The notes under the pieces: model-generated
What the model was told of the DNA's origin: nothing
The model's database searches: none
The model's input: the letters and a program-made list of their open reading frames with translations, nothing else
Part shown: in pieces, positions 27,289-37,316 of the stretch
Position numbering within the stretch: the stretch's first letter is position 1
Layout: every line of letters starts with the position of its first letter
Made by a program: the position numbers and the translations under genes
From: Escherichia coli
GTDB lineage: Bacteria; Pseudomonadota; Gammaproteobacteria; Enterobacterales; Enterobacteriaceae
Reading direction: 5' to 3' (one strand)
Assembly: GCF_044324785.1 (NCBI RefSeq)
Contig: NZ_CP172127.1
DNA: 64,000 bases

Positions 27289-28323
27289 ATGAGCGATTCG
27301 TTTACTACGTCAGAACTCATTACCGCGACACAGCAGGTATTTAAGTTCAATCCGTTATTTTTAAGACTTTTTTTTCGTGAGACATACACGTTTACGAGCG
27401 AAGAGGTTTTTCTGGATAAAATCCCGGGAAAAGTGAACATGGCCGTGTACTGCGCGCCGATGATCACCGGCAAAGTTGACCGCACTCGCGGCTATTCAAC
27501 GAACCATTTCAAACCGGGTTACACGAAGCCGAAACACACGATCAATCCGAATATGAGCATCAAGCGCGCCGCAGGTGAGCAGATTGGCCAGCCGGAAACG
27601 CCGGTCGAACGTCGTGCAAAAATTATCATGCAGAACCTGCTCGACGAGGAGCTCAGCATCAGTCAGCTCGAAGAGTTCCAGGCAGTGCAGGCGGTTCTGT
27701 ACGGTAAATACACCGTCTCTGGCAGCAATATCGAGACCTATGAGATCGATATGAGCCGCAGCGCGACGAATAACGTCACTCAGTCCGGTTCGACAGCTTG
27801 GTCGACTCAGGACGCAGAAACGTATGACCCGAGCGACGATATCGAATCCTATGCGGACCTCGCCTCCGGTGCTGTTAACGTGATAATTATGGACGGTAAA
27901 GCCTGGAAGCAGTTGAAGCGCTTTAAAAAATTCTGGACGACACTGGATACGCGCCGTGGCTCAAACAGCCAGCTCGAAGTCGCGCTGAAAAACCTGGGCG
28001 ATGTCGTTAGCTTTAAGGGCTATTACGGCGACACGGCGCTGTTCGTTTACAAGGGGCAATATATTGACCCTGTAACAGGCACTGAAACGCGTTATATGCC
28101 GGATAACACGATGATCCTGGGCAACACAAAAAATCGCGGACTCCGCACCTATGGCGCGATCCAGGACGAGGACGCGCTGAAAGAGGGTATCTGCGAGGCC
28201 ACGCGTTATCCAAAAGTCTGGACTACGACCGGCGATCCGGCAGTGACGCAGACAATGACCCAATCCGCGCCAGCGATGGTCCTCACCGACGCCGACGCGT
28301 TTGTCGTCGTAAAAATCGCGTAA
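27289..28323 (+). CDS. major capsid protein (lambda gpE family)
   Basis: FKFNPLFLRLFFRE, IPGKVNMA, RRAKIIMQNLLDEEL, TRRGSNS, NTKNRGLRTYG parallel lambda E. Confidence 0.9.
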   Translation: MSDSFTTSELITATQQVFKFNPLFLRLFFRETYTFTSEEVFLDKIPGKVNMAVYCAPMITGKVDRTRGYSTNHFKPGYTKPKHTINPNMSIKRAAGEQIGQPETPVERRAKIIMQNLLDEELSISQLEEFQAVQAVLYGKYTVSGSNIETYEIDMSRSATNNVTQSGSTAWSTQDAETYDPSDDIESYADLASGAVNVIIMDGKAWKQLKRFKKFWTTLDTRRGSNSQLEVALKNLGDVVSFKGYYGDTALFVYKGQYIDPVTGTETRYMPDNTMILGNTKNRGLRTYGAIQDEDALKEGICEATRYPKVWTTTGDPAVTQTMTQSAPAMVLTDADAFVVVKIA

Positions 28324-28346
28324 GAGCCGAAAGGCTCTTTTTTTAG
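28324..28346 (+). terminator. intrinsic terminator after major capsid gene
   Basis: agagcc-gaaa-ggctct hairpin plus ttttttt. Confidence 0.7.
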
Positions 28347-28355
28347 GGAATTAGC

Positions 28356-28769
28356 ATGAGCACAAAAACAGAATTGCTGGCGCGCATTGACGATTTGAGC
28401 GCCCAGCTCGGTCGCGAATTGCCGCGCAGCGGGACTATTGCTGAACTGGAATCAATCGTCGCTGGCGCTGAGTCAGAGCTCGATATTCTGAACGAGCAAT
28501 CCGGTGACGCGAGTGATGCCAACATTAATGCGAACGCATCAGATGAAACTGATGATGACAGCGCAGAACAACCGTCAATCGCGAGCACGACGTCACAACC
28601 AGAACTGTCTCCCGCTACGCGCCGCGTTAAGCTGCGTAACACGCTGGATGTATATCACTACGTGAACGGGCGTCGCGTTCGCGAGATTGTTGCCGCTGGC
28701 CGTGAAATTGTTGTTGATTCACCAGAGGTTGCAGACCTCATCGCAGCTGATCACGTTTACGCTCTATGA
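28356..28769 (+). CDS. DNA packaging protein (lambda gpFI-like)
   Basis: N-terminus MSTKTELLARIDDLSAQLGRELPRSGTIAELESIVA resembles lambda FI. Confidence 0.55.
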   Translation: MSTKTELLARIDDLSAQLGRELPRSGTIAELESIVAGAESELDILNEQSGDASDANINANASDETDDDSAEQPSIASTTSQPELSPATRRVKLRNTLDVYHYVNGRRVREIVAAGREIVVDSPEVADLIAADHVYAL

Positions 28770-29146
28770 GCTACTACGATGACCTCCGGGCCGGCGATGA
28801 GGAGATGATTCTGGAGTGGGGACGGCCCGTTAAATTACGCGGTAAAACCGCCCCCATTATCGCTATTTTCAACGAGCCTTACGCGCGCGTTGACGTTCCT
28901 CACGCTGGTTTTATTACCGGTACAGTAACGAGCCTGACGGCGCTCTCAGACGACGTCGCTGGCATTGTTGCGCGTGACGTCGTCCAGGTTCCAAAGCAGC
29001 GCAGTATCGCTGATGACGGCTCAGTTACCTGGTCTTGTTGGACCGATTACGTTGTTAAAGAGCCTCAACCTGATGGCACAGGGCTCACGAATATTTTTTT
29101 AGAGCCTCACACGTCCAGCGAAAACAGCGAGTATTCAAAATACTAA
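28766..29146 (+). CDS. head completion / head-tail connector protein (FII-position)
   Basis: position after FI-like gene. Confidence 0.4.
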   Translation: MSYYDDLRAGDEEMILEWGRPVKLRGKTAPIIAIFNEPYARVDVPHAGFITGTVTSLTALSDDVAGIVARDVVQVPKQRSIADDGSVTWSCWTDYVVKEPQPDGTGLTNIFLEPHTSSENSEYSKY

Positions 29147-29167
29147 GTGGGACCGCGGTCCCACTTA
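29144..29167. other. 24-bp perfect palindrome (taagtgggaccgcggtcccactta) at head/tail module junction
   Basis: perfect inverted repeat overlapping the stop codon; no T-run. Confidence 0.6.
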
Positions 29168-29177
29168 AGGGGGAACC

Positions 29178-29858
29178 GTGGCCGATTTACGTAGTAACGC
29201 GCAGATGTTCGATATCGATGTTTCGGCGCTGGAGCAGCTCAGAGTCGAAATCAGCGCGACGCAACATCAGATGCTGATGGCATACAACAGAGCGCTGAAC
29301 CGAACTGCAAAGCATATGCACCGAATTTCAGCAGGAATTATTTTGACTGCACTGGCAGCTAAAAATCATAAGGCCGTAAATAAACGAATCAAACCGTTCA
29401 TTAAGCGCCGCAATTTTACGAAAGAAGGGGCAGGAGATCTGAGTAGCGTAAAACTCTGGTACGGCCTGAACGATTTCCGTGTATCTGAGCTAAAGGGGCG
29501 ATTACAAAATCCCAGGAAGCAGAAGCAGCCTCGCAATCCAGAGACCGGTCAATTTTTGAAAACAAAAAAAGGCGCTCGAGGGGCAACTTTTACGCCCAAA
29601 AGTGCAGGGCTGGCGATGATTAGTTGGCCAGATTCATTCGTAGCGAAACGCTACGGTGCGAAAAGCGTCTGGATTCGACTGGCTCGCGGAGGAATCGAAG
29701 AGGCTCGCGTACCTGTGCACGACGCGCTTGAGGATGCTATCGATGATTATATTTTTGAAAACATTGGCCCTGTTTTCATGGACTTTTTTGAGAAAGATTT
29801 GCGCGGTCGAGTGAAAGGACGCGTTCACGTAGACCCTAAAACAGGTAAACGATTATGA
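29178..29858 (+). CDS. hypothetical virion morphogenesis / tail completion protein
   Basis: GTG start with GGGGGAA RBS; first gene of tail module. Confidence 0.4.
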   Translation: MADLRSNAQMFDIDVSALEQLRVEISATQHQMLMAYNRALNRTAKHMHRISAGIILTALAAKNHKAVNKRIKPFIKRRNFTKEGAGDLSSVKLWYGLNDFRVSELKGRLQNPRKQKQPRNPETGQFLKTKKGARGATFTPKSAGLAMISWPDSFVAKRYGAKSVWIRLARGGIEEARVPVHDALEDAIDDYIFENIGPVFMDFFEKDLRGRVKGRVHVDPKTGKRL

Positions 29859-30391
29859 GCGGACTGGATGCATTTGACGAATATCTTGATCGCGTTAAAG
29901 GCGCGGTTTTACAAATACCGTTCATCAAAACATTCGGAATTTATCCAGAAATTCCGGCAGGATTTGAAACGCCAGCTCTGTTCCTGGAAATCAGCAACTG
30001 GTCACAGAGTGACGAATCGGTTCCAGGCTCAATTCAGTCAGTCGAGCTGTCGTGTAATTTGTATTTGCTGCGTGAGTTTGCTGCGGATCGGTACGGACTG
30101 AAATCGCAGAATGCAGCGCTCTATATGACGAGCTGGATTAATGGGCGAATGTTTGGTGCCGGAACTAAACCAGCAAAATTCAGCGACGCGGAACCGTGTG
30201 ACTGGATTAAAAACGGGCAGTCAGTCGGCTCGCATTCAGTTCAGTGCGTGTCGTTCACGCAGGTTGTCGGCGTTGGTCCCGATATTTTCGATTATCCCTC
30301 ACAGGGAACACTGAAAAATATATACGTCGGAATAGCGCCAGATATCGGCGCAGAACACGAGAGCGACTACTATGGCCCAATCGGACGATGA
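29855..30391 (+). CDS. hypothetical tail-associated protein
   Basis: coupled to neighbours in tail operon. Confidence 0.4.
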   Translation: MSGLDAFDEYLDRVKGAVLQIPFIKTFGIYPEIPAGFETPALFLEISNWSQSDESVPGSIQSVELSCNLYLLREFAADRYGLKSQNAALYMTSWINGRMFGAGTKPAKFSDAEPCDWIKNGQSVGSHSVQCVSFTQVVGVGPDIFDYPSQGTLKNIYVGIAPDIGAEHESDYYGPIGR

Positions 30392-31277
30392 TGAGTATGC
30401 GGCAGCGGAGAACGCGCGCCGGCTGCGTGACGCAGTTAAACGCGGCACTATAGCTGCAGTTAAAATGAATCCTCCTCGCTGCCGCGTCTCATTTGGCGGC
30501 GAGCACCAGTCAGGCTGGCTGCAGTGGTTCACGCACGCGACATCGGAACGAGTGGACTGGAGCGCTCCATCAGTGGGTGATCCCGTTACCGTTGTTTCTG
30601 AGGGCGGGGACACGCGAAATGGGGTTGTCATGCTCGGATTACATATTGACAACAAAGCACCGCCCAGCACTGACCCTCACGACCACGTCACCGCATACTG
30701 TGACGGCGCAACGCTAACCTATAACACAGAAAACCACACGCTCATCTGGCAAGGAGTACCGGACGGCGTAGTAAAAATACTCGGTGAGTCTGAAATAGAA
30801 ATATTCGGACGTGCAGACGTTACTATTAATAGCGAAAACGTTGTCAATATTCACGGTGGAAAATTAATTAACGCAGACGCTGACATTATTAATGTGACAG
30901 CAACAGACACAATTAACGCACATGCTGATTTAGTGAACGTTATAGCAACGAGTTCTGTTAGTGTTACTGCTGCGAACAGAATATCGCTGACAGCTCAAAC
31001 AATCAGTGCGTGGGCTCCGGGTGGGATAACACTAGCTGGTCCAACGCATATCACCGAGACATTAATTGTAGATAAATTAGCGACATTCCGTAACGATATT
31101 TCTGTCACTGGAGATAACGGTGGAACAGGTAATATCACAACTCGCGGTAGTGTGTTAGCAGGACAAGAGGTGCAGGATCGGCAAGGCACAATAACTGAAG
31201 TCCGCACAACGTATAACGGACACACTCATACATACCCGGACGGGGAAACACAACAACCGAACCAACCGATGGCGTAA
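30372..31277 (+). CDS. baseplate central spike protein (P2 gpV / Mu gp45-like)
   Basis: position before W-J-I; beta-helix-like repeats; C-terminal YNGHTHTYPDG motif. Confidence 0.65.
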   Translation: MAQSDDDEYAAAENARRLRDAVKRGTIAAVKMNPPRCRVSFGGEHQSGWLQWFTHATSERVDWSAPSVGDPVTVVSEGGDTRNGVVMLGLHIDNKAPPSTDPHDHVTAYCDGATLTYNTENHTLIWQGVPDGVVKILGESEIEIFGRADVTINSENVVNIHGGKLINADADIINVTATDTINAHADLVNVIATSSVSVTAANRISLTAQTISAWAPGGITLAGPTHITETLIVDKLATFRNDISVTGDNGGTGNITTRGSVLAGQEVQDRQGTITEVRTTYNGHTHTYPDGETQQPNQPMA

Positions 31278-31279
31278 AT

Positions 31280-31621
31280 ATGCTTGGAATGGACCGTAAC
31301 ACTGGTAAACCTTTATCCGGGGTTGACCATATTCGTCAGTCTATCGTTGATATTTTAACGACTCCGCTGGGAACACGTGTAATGCTGCCGGAATATGGAA
31401 GCAAATTATTTGACCTCGTTGATAATCCCACAGATCCATCGCTTGCTATGCGAATAATTATGGAAAGCGCTGGCGCAATAGCACGCTGGGAGCCACGCGT
31501 CAGAATTGACAGAATAAATGTGTTAGCAGTGGATATCGGGAAAATAACAATATTAATTATCGCAACAGATATCGAAACACAACAGCGATTAGAGTTTAAT
31601 AATATGGAGCTGATATTTTGA
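31280..31621 (+). CDS. baseplate assembly protein W (GPW/gp25 family)
   Basis: 113 aa; SIVDILTTPLGTRVMLPEYGSKL pattern. Confidence 0.75.
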   Translation: MLGMDRNTGKPLSGVDHIRQSIVDILTTPLGTRVMLPEYGSKLFDLVDNPTDPSLAMRIIMESAGAIARWEPRVRIDRINVLAVDIGKITILIIATDIETQQRLEFNNMELIF

Positions 31622-32538
31622 TAACATCAACAGTTCAGAATTCGATAGTGAAAACTATTGATATGAGTCTGCTGCCGCCGCCAGCATTCGTTAAAACCCC
31701 GTTATTTTCAGATGTTAAATCTAAGCTACTGTCAGATCTGCAGATATTATATCCACAATTTAACGCACTCCTGGAGTCAGACCCGGCAGTTAAACTGCTG
31801 GAAATAGTTGCATACAGAGAAATCATTATTACAGCTCGGGTAAATCAGGGGATGTTCGCGGTGTTACTCGCGTTTGCAAAAGGGAGTGACCTCGACCAGA
31901 TTGGCGCTAATTTTGACTGTCTGCGGCTGTTGATAACGCCAGCTAATCCTGACGCAATCCCCCCGACTGAGGCGGTTTACGAGAGTGACGACGAGTATCG
32001 TCATCGCATACAGCTATCATGGTATGCGCGGAATACTGCTGGCAGTACGAACGCGTATAACTATTTCGCGCTATCGAGTGATCCAGACGTTTTGTCTGCT
32101 CAGGCATACGGCCCCCCCGTGACCCAACCTGGATACGTCGATATGTATGTCCTGTCGCGAACCGGCGACGGCACTCCGCCTCAATCACTACTGAATACAG
32201 TTAATGCAGCGCTGTCTCCTGATGACACCCGACCGCTAACCGATTTCGTTACAGTAAAACCTGCGTCGAACCTGAATTACCGGGTTGAGGCCGTTATCGT
32301 AGCGGGGCTCGGTCCCGACCAGAACGTGTTGCTCGACGGTGCTCAGAGCGATTTAGCTATATACGTGGCTACACAACATAAAATCGGGGCGACGGCAGCT
32401 CTGTCGGGAATTTACGATGCGATACACCGTGACGGCACTGAGCGTGTGATTCTGATATCGCCAACAGAGGATGTGATCGCTGGCGTCGGACAGGCCCCGC
32501 ACTGCACAGAAATCAAACTCAGCGTGCAAATGGGGTAG
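31618..32538 (+). CDS. baseplate protein J
   Basis: size and order as P2 J. Confidence 0.75.
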   Translation: MITSTVQNSIVKTIDMSLLPPPAFVKTPLFSDVKSKLLSDLQILYPQFNALLESDPAVKLLEIVAYREIIITARVNQGMFAVLLAFAKGSDLDQIGANFDCLRLLITPANPDAIPPTEAVYESDDEYRHRIQLSWYARNTAGSTNAYNYFALSSDPDVLSAQAYGPPVTQPGYVDMYVLSRTGDGTPPQSLLNTVNAALSPDDTRPLTDFVTVKPASNLNYRVEAVIVAGLGPDQNVLLDGAQSDLAIYVATQHKIGATAALSGIYDAIHRDGTERVILISPTEDVIAGVGQAPHCTEIKLSVQMG

Positions 32539-32540
32539 CC

Positions 32541-33167
32541 ATGACAAGTCAAAGCGTACTGCCTCCGAACGCAATAACCCCCGAGAGAGCGCTGGAATCT
32601 GTTTTATCTCACGTTGGCGATCTGCCTGGCGATATTCGAATTATTAAAAATCCCGATTTGTGTCCTGCAAATCTGTTGCCGTGGCTGGCGTGGGAATACG
32701 CCGTCACCTACTGGAACCCCGACTGGAGCGAGCAGCAAAAACGCGAAATTATTAAAGCAGCTGCGTGGCAGAACAAGCACCGCGGAACGCGTGGAGCTGT
32801 TGAACGAGCGTTATTAACAGTTGGATTTGAGAGCAAAATGAGAGAGTGGTTTGAAGCCACGCCGAGGGACGACCCGTATACATTCGCAATTAAAATATAT
32901 CTGCTAAAAAGTATAGGGTTAGATTTAGAGCTATTGAATACATTTATAGCGCAAATATTTGATGCAAAAAATTGTCGTTCATTATTAAAGGAAATAAATT
33001 TCGAAACGGGTGTCGATGGTGAGTTTTTTATAGCCGGTACACCTTACGCGAAAATAGACGTAAACGTCCCAGCAGACGGCGACGGCGGTGTAAAAATTAA
33101 CGGCGGGCTATATATATCGGGCTCACCAATTGTTAGTTTAAATGTGGAGATAGGGCCAAATGGCTGA
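32541..33167 (+). CDS. tail protein I (baseplate)
   Basis: size and order as P2 I. Confidence 0.7.
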   Translation: MTSQSVLPPNAITPERALESVLSHVGDLPGDIRIIKNPDLCPANLLPWLAWEYAVTYWNPDWSEQQKREIIKAAAWQNKHRGTRGAVERALLTVGFESKMREWFEATPRDDPYTFAIKIYLLKSIGLDLELLNTFIAQIFDAKNCRSLLKEINFETGVDGEFFIAGTPYAKIDVNVPADGDGGVKINGGLYISGSPIVSLNVEIGPNG

Positions 33168-34284
33168 AAATAAAATTTACGCAGTACTGACAGACCGTGG
33201 CGCACAACTCGAGGCCGCTGCCCTGGCGTCAGGCGTTCCAGTGGTGCTGAACAAATTTGTTATCGGTGACGCGAACGGAAACGACGATGTAACACCAGAC
33301 CCTGCACGAACAGCATTAATTCACGAGACGTATCGCGGTGATATTAAATCGTCAGAAAATAGCGGTAATCAGGTTATTTTTACGCTATACGTACCACCGG
33401 AAACCGGCGGCTATACTATCCGCGAAGTGGGAATACTGACAGATAAAGGTGAACTGTACTCTGTAGCGCGTTCGCCGGATATTTTAAAACCCACGGACAG
33501 TAACGGCGCGCTGATTTCAATCACGTATAAATACACTCTCGCGGTGTCCAGCACCTCTACAGTTAATGTTGTAGTATATGACAACTACGTAACTCCCGAA
33601 GCAGCTGACAAAAAATATTTGCAGATAAGTAAAAACTTATCTGAAATTTCCGCAAATGGTGAAACTGCTCAGCAGGCTGCGCGGAAAAATATTGGTATAG
33701 ATGGGGATGTTGCATATAGAGATAAGAGTAATACATTTACAACTCAAAACACTTTCAAAGACGATGTTTTTTTTGAAGATATTTTGATTTCTAAAAAACA
33801 AATAAATATAAATAAACCAGATACCAACTTGACATTATTTTCGCTTGCGGGCTGGTCAGATGTGAGCGGTGATTATTTAGAAGTGTCGACGCGGGGGGGA
33901 AATAATCAAAACGTTTTTTATAGATTACGCGGAATTCACTATGACGGCCTGGTGTTACTGTGCGGCGGGCAGACGTATAAATATTGGAATGAGGGAAATC
34001 TTAAACCGGTTAAAACGATTAACGGGAAGTCCCCAGACGCTAACGGGAACGTCGCAATAACAGTAAGTAGCTCAGGGATACAGAACGTCCAGCTTGGCGC
34101 AGAGGTTGCTCACACACCGGCGAGTAATGAGGTTACGTGGGACTTTAAATGTCCGACCGGCTGTGTTCTTACTGGGATATATGTTCAGGAAACCGGCGAC
34201 AGCTCAGCTGATAATATCGGCGGTGTTTATTATAAACCGATCCAAAAATACATTAATAATGTATGGACTACGATTTCCGGATGA
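33160..34284 (+). CDS. tail fiber protein
   Basis: conserved N-terminal fiber domain, AT-rich variable C-terminal half. Confidence 0.7.
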   Translation: MAENKIYAVLTDRGAQLEAAALASGVPVVLNKFVIGDANGNDDVTPDPARTALIHETYRGDIKSSENSGNQVIFTLYVPPETGGYTIREVGILTDKGELYSVARSPDILKPTDSNGALISITYKYTLAVSSTSTVNVVVYDNYVTPEAADKKYLQISKNLSEISANGETAQQAARKNIGIDGDVAYRDKSNTFTTQNTFKDDVFFEDILISKKQININKPDTNLTLFSLAGWSDVSGDYLEVSTRGGNNQNVFYRLRGIHYDGLVLLCGGQTYKYWNEGNLKPVKTINGKSPDANGNVAITVSSSGIQNVQLGAEVAHTPASNEVTWDFKCPTGCVLTGIYVQETGDSSADNIGGVYYKPIQKYINNVWTTISG

Positions 34285-34287
34285 GTT

Positions 34288-34866
34288 ATGCAAAATTTAA
34301 AATCATTTAAGCTTGTAAAACCTAAAACGAAATTACTTAAACTTAGCGAGTCTGACGGACAAAATGTTTTGTATCTTCAGTCCGAAGACGGCCTGGATTG
34401 GTATGAATGCCAGTCACTGTATCGCGATGACACAGTAAAAATAATGTACGACAAAGAAAACATTATTCGATCAGTTGTTGATCGCCCGGTCCCGGAGCGA
34501 GGAAATACCTATTCTGTGAGCATGTTTTTCCCGATTGATATGAGTGTTACGGAGGTTGAGTTGAGCACATATCCTTCTGAGCTAACTCTCGACGGATCGT
34601 GGAAATTTGTTGACGGTGATGTATATCAAGATGAGCTCATTGTAAATGAGCGTATTTACAAAGAAAACTCCAAAAAAATTAATGAATTAGTCCGAGAGGC
34701 TCAGTCAGCAATTCTAAATTTACAAACGGCCATAGAGATTGATATTTCATCAGATGGTGATGAGGAAAAATTAATAGAATGGCGACGGTACCTGTGCGCG
34801 CTGAATAAAATAACAGCCACGGATCTGAGTCAGTCCCCACTTAACACGCCTTTACGACCAGCATAA
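34288..34866 (+). CDS. tail fiber assembly chaperone
   Basis: immediately downstream of fiber gene. Confidence 0.5.
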   Translation: MQNLKSFKLVKPKTKLLKLSESDGQNVLYLQSEDGLDWYECQSLYRDDTVKIMYDKENIIRSVVDRPVPERGNTYSVSMFFPIDMSVTEVELSTYPSELTLDGSWKFVDGDVYQDELIVNERIYKENSKKINELVREAQSAILNLQTAIEIDISSDGDEEKLIEWRRYLCALNKITATDLSQSPLNTPLRPA

Positions 34867-34878
34867 ATAGGGTACCTA

Positions 34879-36384
34879 ATGAGCACTAATTTTTTACACG
34901 GTATTCGCACGCTCGAATACGACGACGGCACAAAAGAGATTAGCACGGTAGATATTTCAGTTATCGGGATTGTTGGTACTGCACCGGATTCCGCGCAATC
35001 AACCAGTTCCGAGTTAATAACAGGGAGTGCTATTTTAAAAAACCGCCTGAAATTCACGGCGACGGGACAGGGGGTGAACGGCAATTCATGGAGCGTAGAG
35101 ATTCTCGAAACCGATCCGGACGGCTGCACGGCACTGTGGAGTGATATGCCCGACGGGAGTCGACGTTTATCAATATCAGTCGCACCGGCATCCGGCTCGC
35201 ACGGATACACCCCAGCAGAAATCGTGCAGGCAGTCACAATAGCAAACCCGCCTCCGGACCAATTATTTTTAACAATTACGGCAGTAGATGTCGAGGAGGA
35301 CGCGGGAAATGTGACTGCCTCACCGTTGCAATATTTAAGCGGCGGCAGTGATGAGGCGTTCCCAATTAATACCCCCGTACTTGTTGCCGGGAGTCCAAAA
35401 AAATCCGCTTTACTGGGTGAGCGCGGCACGTTGCCGAAAGATATTGCCGATATTTTCAATCAGGACAACGCCTTGCTTGTTGTTGTACGAGTAAAAGATG
35501 ACAAAGACACAACAAAACAACAGCAAAATATTATCGACGGTGTCAAGCAGCTGGAAAAATCGAAACAGTTAACCGAAGTCACACCGCGTATTATTATTGC
35601 ACCAGATTTTAGCGCAATTGATGCGATAGCCGCTCAGCTTGAGGTGGCCGCAAATAAACTCCGGGGGGTGTGTTATATAGACTCTCCGCGCGCTGCTACC
35701 CCTGCAGACGTTGTGAATCGCCGGCAAAAACTCGGCGGACGTGCTGAGTTGTTGCGTCCCCGTGTTTATTCAACTAGCGACGTCGGGGGGCAATCAAGAC
35801 CGTATTCTGCCATCGCTGCTGGTTTACGAGCCAGAATTGATAATGAAAAAGGGTTTTGGTGGAGTAAGTCGAATCAAAATATTTATGGAATAACAGGGCT
35901 TGAGCAGGTTGATGATTTCATTATTGGCGAGACAAACTGCACAGCGAACCTGCTGAACGCTAGTCAGGTCAGCACCATCATTCGCTATGACGGATTCCGA
36001 CATTGGGGTAACTATCTGTGCAGCCTGGATCCGCAATGGTCGTTTGAATGCGTTCGTCGAACAGCTGACGTAATTGAGGATTCTATAGCCCGGGCAATGA
36101 TGACCGATTTTATTGATCGCCCGATAGACCTGCATCTCGGAACAGACGTTGTCGAGTCGATAAACGCGTATCTGCATAAATTAGAGGAGCAGGGTGCGAT
36201 TAACGGAGGGCGTGCGTGGTTAGACGGTGAGCTGAATACAAAAGAAAGTCTGGCCGCTGGCAATCTTTATATTAATGTTGATTTTGGTCCGAAATCTCCG
36301 GCACAAACAATTACGTTAATGTACCGCATTAATAATGACTATACAGTTGAAGCACTAGCCTCACTTTTTAAAGAAACAGCCTGA
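34879..36384 (+). CDS. contractile tail sheath protein
   Basis: N-terminus MSTNFLHGIRTLEYDDGTKEISTVD resembles P2 FI / Mu L. Confidence 0.85.
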   Translation: MSTNFLHGIRTLEYDDGTKEISTVDISVIGIVGTAPDSAQSTSSELITGSAILKNRLKFTATGQGVNGNSWSVEILETDPDGCTALWSDMPDGSRRLSISVAPASGSHGYTPAEIVQAVTIANPPPDQLFLTITAVDVEEDAGNVTASPLQYLSGGSDEAFPINTPVLVAGSPKKSALLGERGTLPKDIADIFNQDNALLVVVRVKDDKDTTKQQQNIIDGVKQLEKSKQLTEVTPRIIIAPDFSAIDAIAAQLEVAANKLRGVCYIDSPRAATPADVVNRRQKLGGRAELLRPRVYSTSDVGGQSRPYSAIAAGLRARIDNEKGFWWSKSNQNIYGITGLEQVDDFIIGETNCTANLLNASQVSTIIRYDGFRHWGNYLCSLDPQWSFECVRRTADVIEDSIARAMMTDFIDRPIDLHLGTDVVESINAYLHKLEEQGAINGGRAWLDGELNTKESLAAGNLYINVDFGPKSPAQTITLMYRINNDYTVEALASLFKETA

Positions 36385-36401
36385 TAATTCGGAGAGTAAA
36401 T

Positions 36402-36914
36402 ATGTCAGACAGCAACGCTTACCGCGCGTTTGCGCTATTCGTGCAGGGCGAACGGGTTTTAAATTGTACTGAATATACTCCTGTCGATATGAAAATAATC
36501 GAGGACGAGTTTAAAACAGGCGCGATGGATACAGCTATCACATTAGATGGCGGTATGGAGAAAATGTCAGCCAGTTTTAAAGTTTCGGGTTCTGATTCTG
36601 GTGTTATGAGCTATTTCGGGTTAATACCGGGAGTCAAGACGCGGTTTGAAATTCGTAGTGCGTACACAGACTCCTATGGAATAAATTTTGAGCGTATTGA
36701 TACCTACGAGGGACTTATTACGGCAATCACTGATGACGCTCAGGGGACTGATTCAAAATCGTCAGTGGGGCAATCAGTAACGATTGCGCCGAGCTATTAT
36801 AAACGAGTTCAAAATGGACGAATTATTTACGAAATTCATCCTGCAAAAATGAAACGCGTTATCAACGGTGTTGATGTTCTTGCGGGCGTCGCTCGAATCC
36901 TTCATGTATATTAA
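36402..36914 (+). CDS. tail tube protein
   Basis: 170 aa following sheath. Confidence 0.8.
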   Translation: MSDSNAYRAFALFVQGERVLNCTEYTPVDMKIIEDEFKTGAMDTAITLDGGMEKMSASFKVSGSDSGVMSYFGLIPGVKTRFEIRSAYTDSYGINFERIDTYEGLITAITDDAQGTDSKSSVGQSVTIAPSYYKRVQNGRIIYEIHPAKMKRVINGVDVLAGVARILHVY

Positions 36915-36926
36915 AAGGTAAGTAAA

Positions 36927-37208
36927 ATGGAATCCTTATTAGACAGTATGACTATTACGCTCTCTCGACCGTTTATTATTAAGGGCGAGAGCTGCGATAC
37001 AATTACTATTCGCGAACCCAAATTACGCGACCGCATTATGTTCAGTAACGATAAAAGCAGTCTTGAAGAGCGGACAGCGACAATGCTGGCGCGCCTGGCA
37101 AATCTGGAAAGAGAGGATTTATATGCGCTCCCCGCGTGCGATTACGATCAACTGGAGGCCGCGTTTAACGAACTGGTAAAGCACCCGAAAGACCGACATC
37201 AGATATAG
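36927..37208 (+). CDS. tail assembly chaperone (P2 gpE-like)
   Basis: 93 aa between tube and tape measure; -1 frame open for about 55 codons from 37169 to 37335. Confidence 0.6.
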   Translation: MESLLDSMTITLSRPFIIKGESCDTITIREPKLRDRIMFSNDKSSLEERTATMLARLANLEREDLYALPACDYDQLEAAFNELVKHPKDRHQI

Positions 37209-37316
37209 TTATTCTGATTCCGTTTATTGCGAAAAAACTTGCCATCCCGCCTGATACGCAAATGGACCTGCCGTATCGGGTTTTTAATTTCTATGTAGAC
37301 GAGGTCATGAAAACCG

